Assembly: GCA_963664195.1 (NCBI GenBank)
Contig: OY760907.1
Location: 762,459 to 826,458, forward strand
DNA: 64,000 nt
From: an uncultured candidate division Zixibacteria bacterium
GTDB taxonomy: Bacteria > Zixibacteria > MSB-5A5 > GN15 > FEB-12
Reading direction: 5' to 3'
The notes beneath the pieces were generated by a model that did not search any database, was not told where the DNA came from, and was given only the letters and a program-made list of their open reading frames with translations. Positions within the stretch are counted from its first letter, which is position 1. Every line of letters begins with the position of its first letter. Shown here one piece after another: positions 63,536 through 64,000 of the stretch. The position numbers and the translations under genes were made by a program.

Positions 63536-64000
63536 TCCGTTGGACTCGCCCACACTGCATGCCAGTGTCGCTATGTAACTGCCTTGCAAGAATATAAGCA
63601 TATTCTTCAACCAAATTAAAATCATCCAGTTTCCACTGCCACAATCTGACAGTGAATCTCATATCTTACAATTAAGCGAAGGAGAAACGGGGGGGGACAG
63701 TACAAGAAGCACTTGGGGCGAATAGATAAATAAGAGAAATCTGGTCGCGGGCCAGTTCACGTCGCTGACAACAGAGATGACTGATATCGGCTGTTTCCTT
63801 TCGTGCAATCGGGCCATGAGAGTCGGAGGGGAATAGTCGTTTACGGTCGGGTTTCCGATCCTGTAGTGCCTATTGGGAACCCGGCCTTCTTGTGTTCCGG
63901 ATCATCTGACACCATCGTTTACAAATGGCCAATCCCTCCTTGCCTGCATCCACGAATATCGTATCTTGCAACGAGATGGAACAGTGCCCATCCGAAGGCG

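Overview
This 64-kb window is densely coding bacterial chromosome. I call about 58 CDS and recognise no rRNA, tRNA, CRISPR array, transposase or integrase. OM beta-barrels ending in F, many lipobox lipoproteins, a LolA-like carrier and an RND exporter indicate a diderm organism, possibly an uncultivated FCB-like lineage (inference only). TGA, TAG and TAA are all used as stop codons.

Recognisable housekeeping genes:
- Serine, methyl-cycle and translation genes: DUF1015-serA-like-serC, metK-ahcY, asnS, tmk, obg.
- Other housekeeping: murQ, dprA, ptsH-ptsI, a PGI/PMI-type isomerase and a SlyD-like FKBP.

Accessory or unusual content:
1. A tightly packed five-gene operon of uncharacterised membrane proteins (55611-59348). 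It has an apparent A-B/C-D module duplication plus a lipoprotein, and is my best candidate for an undescribed system.
2. A translationally coupled operon on the minus strand (9086-12671): DprA-like, YigZ/IMPACT, PfkB kinase, PAP2 phosphatase, macro domain.
3. An SPT-like alpha-oxoamine synthase coupled to a large GNAT (6121-8479), sitting downstream of serine-biosynthesis, PNPOx-like and RidA genes.
4. An inositol-centred neighbourhood (37.5-49.7 kb): myo-inositol-1-phosphate synthase with a histone-H1-like tail, an AIPS-like CDP-alcohol transferase, a PfkB kinase, an MtnX-like HAD phosphatase, and a nucleotidyltransferase fused to a phosphohexomutase-like domain that has lost its catalytic motifs.
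5. Two adjacent chemoreceptors. One carries two CZB zinc-binding motifs, one of them periplasmic, and is interrupted by an in-frame TGA.
6. An ECF sigma / anti-sigma / RND / LolA-like / OMP / DUF2892 operon (22230-27936).
7. A tail-fibre-like secreted protein with a C-terminal S74 intramolecular-chaperone domain and no phage context.
8. At least five families of short palindromic REP-like repeats in intergenic regions.

All calls come from reading the translated ORFs and the DNA by eye. No database search was run.
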